Shown piece after piece: positions 19,291 through 30,226 of a stretch of DNA of 64,000 nucleotides. The stretch comes from Candidatus Zixiibacteriota bacterium (GTDB lineage: Bacteria > Zixibacteria > MSB-5A5 > GN15 > FEB-12): contig JAJRXM010000015.1 of the NCBI GenBank assembly GCA_024276275.1, positions 18,868 through 82,867 on the forward strand, given 5' to 3'. The position numbers were made by a program, and so were the translations under genes. How positions within the stretch are numbered: position 1 is the stretch's first letter; the number at the start of each line of letters is the position of its first letter. Below the pieces are notes generated by a model. It searched no databases. It was not told the DNA's origin and worked only from the letters and a program-made list of their open reading frames with translations.

Positions 19291-19758
19291 TTATTTGTCA
19301 ACGGTGATATTGGCATCGGCAATAAGTTTTACTAATTCGCACGGTTTTTTTACCGCCATAATTTTGTCTAGATTTCCCTCTATACGCCCAAAACATGCTA
19401 ACCCGGAAAGAGTTTGCAAATAAAGTTTTGCAATAGTAGCAGGAGTCAGAAGCAGACAAATAACATGAACCGGAATAGAGTCAGGCGTTTTTCCCTCTAA
19501 CCCATATGCTGATACACCTATTAAAATATATAGTTCTTTAACCGCATTGGTACGTGCATGCGGAAATGCAAACCCGTGACCATACGATGTGTTTTCTATC
19601 TCTTCACGACTTCTTACAGACTGCAAAACCTCATCGTAATTCAGATTAACACCTTCATTTTTAATAAGCTCTAAAAGCTCAATAATAGCTTCCTCTTTAC
19701 TTCGTGCTTTTAAGTCGATGATAATACGACGCTCCATCAAAAGATTAGCAAGCTTCAT
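19291..19758 (-). CDS. PTS EIIA type-2 domain protein (PtsN-like)
   Basis: 155 aa. The motif REEIENTSYGHGFAFPHART contains the EIIA-2 phosphorylatable His context (G-x-G-x-A-x-P-H). Confidence 0.75.
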   Translation of the reverse strand: MKLANLLMERRIIIDLKARSKEEAIIELLELIKNEGVNLNYDEVLQSVRSREEIENTSYGHGFAFPHARTNAVKELYILIGVSAYGLEGKTPDSIPVHVICLLLTPATIAKLYLQTLSGLACFGRIEGNLDKIMAVKKPCELVKLIADANITVDK

Positions 19759-19817
19759 GATTGAACCTCTTTATTTGCATTCAATATTTTTCGTTTTAAA
19801 AGTGTGGGTGATGCTAC

Positions 19818-20393
19818 TCAGCCCGAGACTAAAAACTTTACTCCCTCCTCGACTGTCATTTCCAATGGGATGACATCTTCTTTTGGTACAATAATAACCA
19901 TCCCCGAAATAGGAGTTGGTGTTGAGGGCACAAATACTGTTACGTAATCACCTTTTGTTTCAATTTCCAGCCTGTTGGATAAAAAGCTGACAGTGTATGC
20001 ACCTTTACGAGGATATTCCACTAAAACAACTTCCTGAAATGAATTCAGCGAAGGTTTTGTAACAGCTTCCAGAAGTTGTTTGGCGGCAGAATATACCGGA
20101 CGTATAATAGGCATTCGTTCTAAAAAATAATCACCCAGGCGATAAAGTTTTGCTCCAATAATATTTCGTGTAAAGAGACCTGCTAAAATTATTAGTAAAA
20201 GAGTAGTAACTAATCCTAACCCCGGAAGCGAATATCCGAATAGATGAACAATGAGAGGTTGAAGTACACCGTCGATAGTCTCAAAAAGGAACTTCATGAC
20301 AATATATGTAAGAATAAACGGAACGACTACAATAACACCAGAGACAAAATGACGTTTAATAGTACTTACAATTTTATTAAATAACATATCCAT
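19818..20393 (-). CDS. DUF502 family membrane protein
   Basis: 191 aa with two N-terminal TM helices, then RMPIIRPVYSAAKQL and FVPSTPTPISGMVIIVPKEDV, matching the DUF502 pattern. Confidence 0.7.
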   Translation of the reverse strand: MDMLFNKIVSTIKRHFVSGVIVVVPFILTYIVMKFLFETIDGVLQPLIVHLFGYSLPGLGLVTTLLLIILAGLFTRNIIGAKLYRLGDYFLERMPIIRPVYSAAKQLLEAVTKPSLNSFQEVVLVEYPRKGAYTVSFLSNRLEIETKGDYVTVFVPSTPTPISGMVIIVPKEDVIPLEMTVEEGVKFLVSG

Positions 20394-20459
20394 TTCCCTT
20401 ACTATCTTCTATATAAGTATATCCGATAGAAAATCGTTTGTCAATTTATTTGGTATGGT

Positions 20460-21983
20460 CTACTTCAATACTGAGAAACTAAAAGCTGTATAGATTTTAT
20501 CAGTAAAATCTAAAATCGGCTCAGGATAAATACCTGTTACAAAGACACCGACCAAACATATAATCAGAACTATCAGAACAGGTTTATTAAATGTCATCGT
20601 ATAGATAGATGCCTCTTTTGTAAAATACATCTGTTTAATAACATTCACATAGTAGTAAAGTGAGAAAACTGAAGTCAACAATCCGACACCTACAAGCCAG
20701 TAAAGCCATTTAAAAGTACCCGGCATAGTCGCCTGGTCGATTGCTGCTGCAAAGACTTTGTATTTTGCCATAAATCCTCCAAGAGGAGGGATACCGGCAA
20801 GAGAAAGCATAAAGATAGAAAGTACGACCGCAAAGAACGGTGATGTCTGAGAAAGTCCTTTATAATTACCGATCTCTGTTGAACCGGTTTTGTCTTCAAA
20901 AACAGTTACGGCAGCGAAAGCTCCCATATTGGCAAACAGATATACAAAAGTATAGAATGCTACCGAAGAAATTCCATGTTCGTTTAAGGCAAGCATACCG
21001 ATCATTATATATCCTGCCTGAGCAATAGATGAATAGGCAAGCATCCGTTTTATGTCGGTCTGTCTGATAGCAACTACATTTCCTATAATCATCGCTACAG
21101 CCGATAAGATACCTACCAGAACTCCCCAATCGTTCGGTTTCATTTCTACTCCGATAAAACCCCATAGCCCGATTAAGAATATCTTTGCAAATGCAACCAG
21201 TCCTGCAGCTTTAGAACCGACCGATAAAAATGCTGCTATCGGTGTCGGAGCACCCTCGTAAACATCAGGAGCCCATTGATGAAACGGAGGTAGTGCAAGT
21301 TTAAAACCGATTCCGGCAAGAATGCATACATTGGCAATTAAGATAGTAAAGCCGATACTCTGATAACTGAGATGAATCGAAGCAATATTGACAGACATTT
21401 GTAAAAGTTTTGTCGTGCCGGACATTCCATATAAAAATGAGAAACCATACAATAGCATTGCCGAAGAAAAAGCACCGATGACAAAATATTTTATACCTGA
21501 TTCTACAGATAGTTTATCATCTTTATAAAATGCCGCTAAAACAAACAGCGGAATTGTTGTAAGTTCTAAACCTATATATAATGAAACTAATTCCTGCGAT
21601 GATGCCAAAAACATCATGCCTACGGTAGAAAATAATATCAATCCGTAAAATTCACCGCGATGGTTCTGCACTTTTTGTTTTGTAATACCAAACGATGACC
21701 CGACCGCCATAAAGGCCGCACCCAAGAAAATAATCTTAAAGAAAATTGCAAGAGGGTCATTGATAAACATTGCTCCAAAAGCGACACCTTCTCCTGTGAC
21801 AGCCAAAAGTCCACCGGCGATAACAATACCTACCAATGCGGTATAGCCGACCAGCGAATCATTTTTACGTGATGAAAATAAATCAACTGTTATGACAACT
21901 AACGCCCATATAAACAGGAATATTTCCGGCGACATTAGCCGAAGTGTTTCAAGAACATTTACTATAGGTAATTGCGGATTCAT
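20460..21983 (-). CDS. nuoN: NADH-quinone oxidoreductase subunit N
   Basis: 507-aa antiporter-like polytopic protein (ND2 family). It is the last gene of the contiguous nuo cluster. Confidence 0.9.
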   Translation of the reverse strand: MNPQLPIVNVLETLRLMSPEIFLFIWALVVITVDLFSSRKNDSLVGYTALVGIVIAGGLLAVTGEGVAFGAMFINDPLAIFFKIIFLGAAFMAVGSSFGITKQKVQNHRGEFYGLILFSTVGMMFLASSQELVSLYIGLELTTIPLFVLAAFYKDDKLSVESGIKYFVIGAFSSAMLLYGFSFLYGMSGTTKLLQMSVNIASIHLSYQSIGFTILIANVCILAGIGFKLALPPFHQWAPDVYEGAPTPIAAFLSVGSKAAGLVAFAKIFLIGLWGFIGVEMKPNDWGVLVGILSAVAMIIGNVVAIRQTDIKRMLAYSSIAQAGYIMIGMLALNEHGISSVAFYTFVYLFANMGAFAAVTVFEDKTGSTEIGNYKGLSQTSPFFAVVLSIFMLSLAGIPPLGGFMAKYKVFAAAIDQATMPGTFKWLYWLVGVGLLTSVFSLYYYVNVIKQMYFTKEASIYTMTFNKPVLIVLIICLVGVFVTGIYPEPILDFTDKIYTAFSFSVLK

Positions 21984-21989
21984 TTATTC

Positions 21990-23471
21990 TTACCTTGACA
22001 TTATCTGCACTAAGTTATCAAGCGTAGCCAGCATTAAATCTGCCAACGGTTTTGGATAGATACCTACTGCTAAAGTTAAAACAGCAAGCGGTAGGACCGT
22101 AAGTAATTCACGTCCGTTGATATCAGTTAATCCGCCCCATTTGGCCATATTAAATTCTCCAAGAAATACATTTTGGAACATGCGTAGCATATATGCGGCA
22201 CCTAAAACAACACCCAAAACTGAAATACCGACTAAGTATTGATTGAGCGAAGAAAAAGCTCCGATAAAAATCATAAATTCAGATACAAAACCAGACATAC
22301 CCGGAAGTCCCAATGCCGCCATCGAGAACATCAACATAAGGGCAGTATAGACAGGAAGCTTGGAACCTAATCCGCCAAAGACAGCAATTTCACGAGTGTG
22401 GGCTCTATCGTACAGGACACCTACCATGAGGAATAATGCCCCGGTAATCAATCCATGTGAAATCATCTGAAACATAACACCGGTGATAGCAGTAACAGAA
22501 TCATACGCGGCAAGGGCCAGCATACAATATCCCATATGAGAAACCGATGAATAAGCGACTAATTTTTTCAAATCTGTTTGTGCCAAAGAAACTAAGGCAC
22601 CATATATAATTCCGATAACACCTAAGACCGCTATCCAAAATGATAACGCTTGAAGAGCATCGGGGAACATCGGCCAGTTAATACGTAGCATCGCATAGGT
22701 ACCCATTTTTAATAGGACACCGGCAAGAATAACCGAGACAGCCGTCGGTGCCTGCACATGAGCATCGGGAAGCCAAGTATGGAACGGCCAGACAGGAACT
22801 TTTATCGCAAAGGCGATAAAGAAGAAGATAAAACAGACCATCTGGAGTGTATACGACATTGCTCCGCCATGCTCTATAAGCTCAAGCATATTTAACGTAT
22901 GTGGTTCCGATGTAAAGTACATTATCAAAATAGCAACAAGCATGAAAATCGAACCGAATAAGGTATATAAGAAAAATTTAATAGCGGCATATTCTTTTCT
23001 CGGTCCGCCCCAAACACCGATTAAGAAATACATCGGTACCAGCATGATTTCCCAAAATACGTAAAAGAGGAAGAAATCAAGAGCTACAAATACACCCATC
23101 ATGCCTGCTTCAAGAAGTAAGAAGAAAGCAAAGTATTCTTTGACTCTAATTTTAATTGAAAAGGATGCTATCAGAGAAATAGTAGACAAAAGACCGGTCA
23201 GAAAAAGCATCGGAACAGAGATACCGTCTACACCCAAGTGATAATTAACATTTAACGAAGGAATCCATGCGAAAGGACCTTCTACATACGCCATCGCGGC
23301 TGTACCGGAAAAGTTTACAAAATAATCGTAGGTGAGCCAAAATGATATAACCATCGGAATTACAGAGATACCGACGGCAGTATACCGAATAAGATTGTCC
23401 TTATCCTTTGGCATGAGCATTACAATTATCATTCCGAGAATCGGAAAAAATATCAATGAACTTAAAACCAT
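21990..23471 (-). CDS. nuoM: NADH-quinone oxidoreductase subunit M
   Basis: 493 aa, ND4 family (..FHTWLPDAHVQAPTAVSVILAGVLLKMG..). Confidence 0.9.
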   Translation of the reverse strand: MVLSSLIFFPILGMIIVMLMPKDKDNLIRYTAVGISVIPMVISFWLTYDYFVNFSGTAAMAYVEGPFAWIPSLNVNYHLGVDGISVPMLFLTGLLSTISLIASFSIKIRVKEYFAFFLLLEAGMMGVFVALDFFLFYVFWEIMLVPMYFLIGVWGGPRKEYAAIKFFLYTLFGSIFMLVAILIMYFTSEPHTLNMLELIEHGGAMSYTLQMVCFIFFFIAFAIKVPVWPFHTWLPDAHVQAPTAVSVILAGVLLKMGTYAMLRINWPMFPDALQALSFWIAVLGVIGIIYGALVSLAQTDLKKLVAYSSVSHMGYCMLALAAYDSVTAITGVMFQMISHGLITGALFLMVGVLYDRAHTREIAVFGGLGSKLPVYTALMLMFSMAALGLPGMSGFVSEFMIFIGAFSSLNQYLVGISVLGVVLGAAYMLRMFQNVFLGEFNMAKWGGLTDINGRELLTVLPLAVLTLAVGIYPKPLADLMLATLDNLVQIMSR

Positions 23472-23498
23472 TATCTACATACCTCCAAAATCAAACTA

Positions 23499-25574
23499 CT
23501 ATTTTTCATTTTCCGACTCCTGATTTTCTTCTGATACAAATCTTGCTGCGACTGAAAGCAAACCTATAGCAGCAATAAACAAAGCTGTCATCATCGGCCA
23601 ATCGAGATCTATATGTGCAATCTCGAATTTTAACAATATCATTACAATTATAAATACCATACTAAAGATCATATAGAACTGCATCCGCCCGGTCTGCAGA
23701 TATTTTAATACCGCAGCCATCATGCGAACTATAAACCCGGCACCGTTAACGGCACCGTCGATAATCCATTTATCAAACCAGAATTTTAAATCAGCCCACC
23801 ACATGGTAAGGACTGCAGTACCATTTACGGCACCGTCGATTACATTTGAATCAAACTTCCACATCAAACGTCCAAATGCCATAATCGGATTTATAATAGT
23901 TGCTTGATATAGTTCATCGAAATACCATTTATTCCAGAAGAGATTATAAAGCGGTTTAAATCTTGCCATCATAACATCGGGAGAAATAGTTTTTTTCATA
24001 TACATGAGATATGCCAAACCGATACCGCTCAAACCGACAAGAGATGATACAATGTAGTTCATCCAGTCGGCGTGGGGATGGTACGGTTCACTATGATACA
24101 AGAACGATGCGAAGCCATGTTTAAGAGCAGGAATACCTGTCCATCCGGCAAAGATTGCCATAAACGCTAAGAAAATAAGAGGGTATGCCATTGTCTTTGG
24201 AGATTCGTGAGCATGTTCGTAACGATGTTCATCACGCGGTTTACCAAAGAATGTAAGGAAACATAAACGCCACATGTAAAATGCTGTCATAAACGCAATA
24301 AGCAAAGTAAGGACTGTGAAAACAGGATGCCCAAATGTTGTAGCAACAATTTCATCTTTAGAGAAGAAACCTGAGGTCAATGGGAATCCCGCTATAGAAA
24401 GTGAACCTATTAAAAATGCAGGAGCGGTGATTTTCATTTTTTTCCAAAGACCACCCATCTCCATAATATCGTTGGTATGCACGGCATGAATAACAGAACC
24501 TGCCCCCATAAAGAGAAGCGATTTAAAGAATGCGTGGGTCATCAGGTGGAATGTAGCTGCATAGAAACCCGGCGAGTGAATATCATTGGCAGAGTCATAA
24601 CCATACAACCCTAGTGCCATTATCATATAACCGAGTTGGGAAATTGTAGAGTATGCAAGAATTCGTTTAATATCTACCTGTACCAAGGCAATTGTTGCCG
24701 CAAGCAATGATGTTATAACACCTATAATGGCTACAACAAAAGAAGCATCAGCAGAAGCAACAAAGACAGACATTGTGCGGGCAACTAGATAAACACCTGC
24801 TGCAACCATAGTGGCAGAGTGAACAATTGCCGAGACCGGAGTAGGACCTTCCATCGCATCAGGAAGCCAGGTATGAAGCGGGAACTGTGCCGATTTTCCG
24901 ACGGCTCCGCAGAAAACACCGATAGCAAGGATTGTCACCATAACAGGAGGAACAGAACCGGCACCGATAATTGTGAATACTTCAGCAAAGTTAAATGTAC
25001 CGCAATAAAAGGCTATCATCATTAAACCGATAAGAAAACCTAAGTCACCTACCCGTGTAGTCAGGAATGCTTTTTTGCAGGCATCGGCAGCAGATTTTTT
25101 CTCAAACCAGAAACCGATTAACAAATATGATGTCAAGCCTACTAATTCCCAGAATATAAATGTCATAAAGAAATTATCAGAAATCACTAATCCAAGCATT
25201 GAAAATAAGAATAACGAAAGATAGGCAAAGAATCTGCTGAACCGCGGGTCATCTTTCATATACCCTATTGAATAAATCTACACACAGGAACCAATTGATG
25301 TTACAACTACAAGCATCATTGCAGTAAGCGGGTCTATGACCATACCAAGCTGGAGTTTAAAAGTACCGAGTTCTACAATCGAAAAGGCGGCGGTATAGTA
25401 GTCACCATGGCGACTCATAGTCTCTATCAATACAATGATAGACATAATAAGCGAAGTAACAATCATGCTGACAGAAAAAAGTGCGGAAACTTGTTCTTTC
25501 CAACACAGAGCAAAAACAATCATTAAAAATGATAGTAGCGGGAGTAAAACTATAAGATATGCATGTTCAGTCAT
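23499..25574 (-). pseudogene. nuoL: NADH-quinone oxidoreductase subunit L, interrupted by an in-frame TAG
   Basis: ND5 family (HTWLPDAMEGPTPVSAIVHSATMVAAG; long C-terminal helix region). Fragments 25281..25574 and 23499..25259 are in the same frame: ..[30 protein letters not shown].. The TAG at 25278-25280 sits where NuoL homologues have the residue before the conserved (I/M/L)YS..YM. Confidence 0.9.
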
Positions 25575-25584
25575 TTTTTTATTC

Positions 25585-25884
25585 CTACCACTTCATCACA
25601 TTAATATTGTCGTTGCTGATATCCTGCCAGTTGCGGTATAAAAGAAGTACGATAGCTAGTCCGACAACAGCTTCAGCCGCAGCAACAACGATTATGAAAA
25701 GTGAAAACAGCTGACCGATCATTTCGCCCGGCCAGACAAATTTATTAAAAGCTACAAAGTTTATAATTACAGCGTTAAACATTAATTCCAGTGACATCAA
25801 TATGCCGATTATATTCCGACGGGTCAGGACTCCAAAAAGTCCTAAAGCAAAAAGAACCGCCGCAACAGCAATATACGCAACCAT
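25585..25884 (-). CDS. nuoK: NADH-quinone oxidoreductase subunit K
   Basis: 99 aa, three TM helices, ND4L-like, positioned between nuoJ and nuoL. Confidence 0.9.
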   Translation of the reverse strand: MVAYIAVAAVLFALGLFGVLTRRNIIGILMSLELMFNAVIINFVAFNKFVWPGEMIGQLFSLFIIVVAAAEAVVGLAIVLLLYRNWQDISNDNINVMKW

Positions 25885-25885
25885 A

Positions 25886-26455
25886 TTACGACCTTTCCTT
25901 TCTTGCCAGTGCTATAGCACCAATCATTGAGGCAAGCAGCAAAACAGAAACAACTTCAAACGGAAGCATATACTCTGTCATAATATATTTACCTATAATC
26001 AGAATGTTTTCTGTCGGAAGCTGACCTTTGTCTCCAATCCAGAGACCTTTGGTAATAATTTTGTCAGAATTTTTTAAAACAACATTCAGCTTTGTCATAA
26101 TGACCAAAGAGATAGTTCCCAATGCAAATACCGCAGAGATAATTGATACTGTCAAACCGTTTTGGGTTGTCATTGTTTTTTTACCTGAAACATTAGTTGA
26201 AAGCATTATAGCAAATATCATCAGTATCGCCACCGCACCGACATAGATAAGCACTTGTGCGGCAGCTAGAAACTCGGCATTTAAAAGAATAAACAGACCG
26301 GCTACTGAGAATAAACAAAGTATCAGATTTATTGCTGCGTGGAAAATATTTTTCAGAGTTACAACCATAAAACCCGACACAAGCATTGCAATTGATAAAA
26401 GCCAGAAAACAGGTCTTACCGAGAGTTCATTTAATACCGTTTGAAACATATCCAT
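25886..26455 (-). CDS. nuoJ: NADH-quinone oxidoreductase subunit J
   Basis: 189 aa, ND6-like TM protein in the conserved operon position. Confidence 0.85.
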   Translation of the reverse strand: MDMFQTVLNELSVRPVFWLLSIAMLVSGFMVVTLKNIFHAAINLILCLFSVAGLFILLNAEFLAAAQVLIYVGAVAILMIFAIMLSTNVSGKKTMTTQNGLTVSIISAVFALGTISLVIMTKLNVVLKNSDKIITKGLWIGDKGQLPTENILIIGKYIMTEYMLPFEVVSVLLLASMIGAIALARKERS

Positions 26456-26460
26456 AGTTC

Positions 26461-27087
26461 TTATGCCTCTCCCTCGGATTTTGGTTTTTCATCAACCGGT
26501 TTTGTTGTTTCAATTTTATCAGTTTTATTTTCAGTCGCAGACGGTTTCGTTTCTATTTTGTCAGTTTTAATTTCATCAGATTTTGGTTTTGAGTCTACTG
26601 TTTCAGTTGGTTTTGGTGCCACTTTTTTGACTTTTTTCTTTCTTTTGTCAACATAGTCAACATCGCGACCAACATCCTGTAATTTATTTACATCCCAAAG
26701 CAAATCGTCTTTGTTCCCGGTAGAATACTCATACTTACCGGTCAATTTCAAAGCGGAAAAATTGCATGCTTCTTCACAAAGACCACAGTAACAGCAAAGT
26801 GAGAAATCAAGTTCAAACAGTTCTAATTTTTTCTTTTTGTCTTCACCTCTTGGAGCAATAATTCTAATAGCAGCGGTTGGACATGCTCTCATACAAAGTT
26901 CACATGCAGTACAATTAAGAGAACCGTCTTCTTTGTCAGACAACAGCACAACAACACCGCGGGAACGCTCAGGCATTATATCTTTTTCTTCAGGATACTG
27001 TAGGGTAACGGCATGTTTACCGAGATGCTTGCCGGTAATCCCAAGACCTTTAACCAATTCAACTAATCCTTTGATATATCCAAGCAT
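26461..27087 (-). CDS. nuoI: NADH-quinone oxidoreductase subunit I with a K/P/T/E-rich repetitive C-terminal tail
   Basis: Two 4Fe-4S ferredoxin motifs (CTACELCMRACP, CCYCGLCEEACN). The last ~66 aa are low-complexity with the repeat KTDKIET(K/T)KP. Confidence 0.9.
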   Translation of the reverse strand: MLGYIKGLVELVKGLGITGKHLGKHAVTLQYPEEKDIMPERSRGVVVLLSDKEDGSLNCTACELCMRACPTAAIRIIAPRGEDKKKKLELFELDFSLCCYCGLCEEACNFSALKLTGKYEYSTGNKDDLLWDVNKLQDVGRDVDYVDKRKKKVKKVAPKPTETVDSKPKSDEIKTDKIETKPSATENKTDKIETTKPVDEKPKSEGEA

Positions 27088-27090
27088 TTT

Positions 27091-28143
27091 CTATAACTCC
27101 CAGTACCAGCCAAAATGTTTGAATACAGCGGCGATAATTATATTAAGAAATGTAATAGGTACTAACACTTTCCATGCAAATTCCATCAACTGGTCAACCC
27201 GCATACGAGGATAAGTCCATCTGATAAGTATCAGCAAAAAGACTATTGCAAATGTTTTAACAAAGAACCATATAAACGACGGGATAAATTCAAACCCGTG
27301 CCATCCACCGAAAAACAATACAACCGCAATAGCGGAAACTGTAAAGAGGTTAATAAATTCATCTAAAAAGAACATTGCGAATTTCATTCCCGAGTATTCG
27401 ATATTAAATCCCGCAACAAGTTCCTGTTCTGCTTCTGCTAAATCAAACGGTGTTCTGTTTGCTTCGGCAATAGCAGCAATAAGATATGTTAAAAATGCAA
27501 GCGGTCCGAACGGGAAGCGGAAAATATTCCAGTTTAAAAAATTACCGCTTTGAGAATTTACTATATCAACAGTAGAAAGTGACCCGGCAAATAGAACAAC
27601 AACCAAAATCGAGGCTATCATAGGTACTTCATAAGAAACAACCTGTGCCGCCGAACGCATACCGCCTAGGAGTGCATATTTATTATTAGAACCCCACCCT
27701 GCCATCAAGAGAGATATAACAGTAAAGGTTGTAATCGCCATAACATACAGAATACCGATATTCAAATCGGCAACAATTAACCCCTAACCAAATGGAATAA
27801 CAATATATGCCGCAAAGGCAGCTATAAAACATATTACCGGAGCCCAGAAAAAGACCGCTTTATCACGAGTCTCAATAAGGATATCTTCTTTTTGTAAAAG
27901 TTTCAATCCATCTACCAATGTTTGGTACCATCCATGCCACCCGTTACGCATCGGTCCAAACCGTTGCTGCATATGTCCTGCAATTTTTCGTTCCCACCAT
28001 ACTAAGAACAAAGCAATCAACGAAAGCAGACCAAAAGTTGCTACCGCTAAAATTGTATATGTAATAACTGATAACAAACTACCGGACAAACCGCAGGAGC
28101 CTAAAAGTTCTTTCACAGATGTCGCAAGACTTACGGCAATCAT
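27091..28143 (-). pseudogene. nuoH: NADH-quinone oxidoreductase subunit H, interrupted by an in-frame TAG
   Basis: ND1 family. Fragments 27787..28143 and 27091..27783 share one frame: ..AAYIVIPFG*GLIVADLNIGILYVMAITT.. (TAG at 27784-27786), matching the conserved PFG-x-x-x-x-ADLN(I/V)G segment. Confidence 0.9.
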
Positions 28144-29243
28144 CTATCAACCTCCGGAAGGATAACGTCAAACGATGCAAATATCGCTACTAAATCGGCA
28201 ATCAAACAGTCAGTTGCAATTTCAGGAAGAAGTTGTAGATGCGGATATGAACCTCCGCGTGCTTTAACTCGGAAAGGTTTTTTAGTACCGTCTGATACTA
28301 AATAGACACCCATTTAACCGCGTGAATTTTCTATACGGGTATAAGTTTCACCTGCTGCCGGTTTAAAGTTCGGAGATACTTTGGCGCGAATTGGACCTTC
28401 TTCAATACCTTCTAAAGCTTGGGCGACAATTTTACATGATTCCTGAATTTCATCTAAACGAAGCATATATCTATCGAAAACATCACCGTTATGATAGACC
28501 GGAATATTAAAATCAAATCTGTCGTAAATTGAATATGGGTCGTCTCGGCGTAAATCATAATCAATACCGGAAGCTCTTAAAATTGGACCGGAAACGCCGT
28601 AAGCGATAGCAAGGTCAGCATCAAGTTTTCCAATTCCGATAGTACGCATCTTCCAGATAGGGTTTTTATTTAAAAGTCTTTTATATTCTTCAACTTTTTC
28701 AGTAATAGTAGAAATCGTCACTTTACATTGGGGTATAAATTTTTCAGGTATATCTTTTGAAACGCCGCCGACCCGAATATAATTATATGTTAACCGTTGC
28801 CCGCAGGTCATTTCAAAAAGATCCATAATATATTCACGTTCACGGAGTGCATACAAAAACGGTGTTAAAGCGCCGATATCCATGGCAGTAGTACCAAAGA
28901 AAATAAGATGTGAAGCTATTCGGTTAAGCTCAAGCATGATGACCCGAAGATATTCAGCCCGTTCGGGAACTTCGATACCTGACAACCGTTCGGCTGCAAG
29001 TGAAAAGACATAGTTGCATGACATCGCAGTAACATATTCAAACCTGTCAAGAATAGGGATACACATCGCATAGGTTCTGTTTTCGCAAATTTTTTCTATC
29101 GCACGATGCAGATATCCTATATAGGGTACAACTTTGACAACTTTTTCACCATCCATAGTCAACAACAAACGGCAGACACCGTGTGTTGAGGGATGATGCG
29201 GTCCCATATTTATATCAAATTCTTCAGTACGCAAGTCAGTCAT
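28140..29243 (-). pseudogene. nuoD: NADH-quinone oxidoreductase subunit D, interrupted by an in-frame TAA
   Basis: 49-kDa subunit (NMGPHHPSTHGV). The ORF stops at the TAA at 28314-28316, but the frame continues as ..[37 protein letters not shown]...FDVILPEVDR. This is the conserved NuoD C-terminus, with the stop in place of the Glu of the P-R-G-E motif. The real TGA (28140-28142) overlaps the nuoH ATG (ATGA). Confidence 0.9.
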
Positions 29244-29246
29244 CTA

Positions 29247-29717
29247 TTATAAGTCCGGGAAACGAATAAAATCAGGTGCGTCCCAGTCCTTTCTCATCGG
29301 ATAGCCTTCATCCCATTCATCATGGAGAAGGAACCTTGTCAAGTTGTCATGATTGTTTATATGGATACCGTATAATTCCCACATTTCCCGTTCGTACCAA
29401 TTAGCTGCCGGCCAAACCGTCTGAACTGAGTCGATAACAGGATTTTCATGAGGGAGAACAACTTTTATATCTATTCTAATTTTTTTCTTTATTGAACCAA
29501 GATTATATATAGCTTCAAATTTTTCGGTTGTATCGGCACCAGATAAATTGCAGAAATAATCAAACAAAAGCTCAGGATCGTTTTTTAATTTTTCACAAAC
29601 TGTTACCAAATTAACCGCATCTACTTCAAAGAGTAAATCATATTTACCGGCTTCATTATGAGTTAATAAAGAAGTGTAGTTTGTTTCAATATAAGATTTG
29701 AGCTCTTCGTTGGTCAT
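29247..29717 (-). CDS. nuoC: NADH-quinone oxidoreductase subunit C
   Basis: 156 aa, 30-kDa subunit pattern (..WPAANWYEREMWELYGI.F..H..L.R.L), between nuoB and nuoD. Confidence 0.85.
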   Translation of the reverse strand: MTNEELKSYIETNYTSLLTHNEAGKYDLLFEVDAVNLVTVCEKLKNDPELLFDYFCNLSGADTTEKFEAIYNLGSIKKKIRIDIKVVLPHENPVIDSVQTVWPAANWYEREMWELYGIHINNHDNLTRFLLHDEWDEGYPMRKDWDAPDFIRFPDL

Positions 29718-30226
29718 TTTTCCTGCCAGTCAGCCAGTTTACGTTGTTGGATTTGTTTTTGAAGAGTCAAGCAGCCTTCTAATAATGATTCAGGTCTCGG
29801 TGGACATCCCGGGATGAAAACATCAACCGGTATAATATGTTCGATACCTTTTTCAACCGAATAGCTGTCATAATAAAATGGTCCGCCTTTGATAGTACAA
29901 CCACCCATTGCGATAACATAACGAGGTTCAGCCATTTGGTCATAAAGTGTCCGCAGACGAGGTGCCATTTTTTTAGTTATTGTACCGGCAGCAATAATAA
30001 GGTCTGATTGTCGTGGAGATGCCCGGAATATCATACCTAAACGGTCAAAGTCATATCGTGATGCTCCCGTACACATCAGTTCAATGGCACAACAGGCAGT
30101 ACCGAAAAGAAGATACCAGAGAGATTTTGCCTGAGCAAAATTCAGTATTTGTTCTACTGATGTTGTTACAATACCCCCGCCCGGGATTTTTTCCGAGTAA
30201 ATCGGAAGTTTTTTTATTATACCCAT
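29714..30226 (-). CDS. nuoB: NADH-quinone oxidoreductase subunit B
   Basis: 170 aa, PSST/20-kDa subunit with cluster N2 cysteines (GTACCAIE...GGC...IPGCPPRPE). Confidence 0.9.
   Translation of the reverse strand: MGIIKKLPIYSEKIPGGGIVTTSVEQILNFAQAKSLWYLLFGTACCAIELMCTGASRYDFDRLGMIFRASPRQSDLIIAAGTITKKMAPRLRTLYDQMAEPRYVIAMGGCTIKGGPFYYDSYSVEKGIEHIIPVDVFIPGCPPRPESLLEGCLTLQKQIQQRKLADWQEK

Noticed and set aside
20690-27214. Numerous 60-125 aa ORFs overlapping the nuo genes on either strand (for example 20690..20899, 20896..21165, 24819..25025, 26837..27214)
   Set aside because: They lie entirely inside long, well-conserved nuo reading frames and have no family resemblance. They are alternative-frame artefacts.
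25278-27786. Pyrrolysine at the in-frame TAG codons of nuoL and nuoH
   Set aside because: Pyrrolysine is known in methylamine methyltransferases, supported by a pyl operon. Nothing of that kind is present here, and TAG also functions as a genuine stop in the same operon.
28140-29243. Absence of nuoE, nuoF and nuoG as a window-edge or assembly-gap artefact
   Set aside because: The nuoD stop codon physically overlaps the nuoH start codon (ATGA), so the D-to-H junction is native to this operon.
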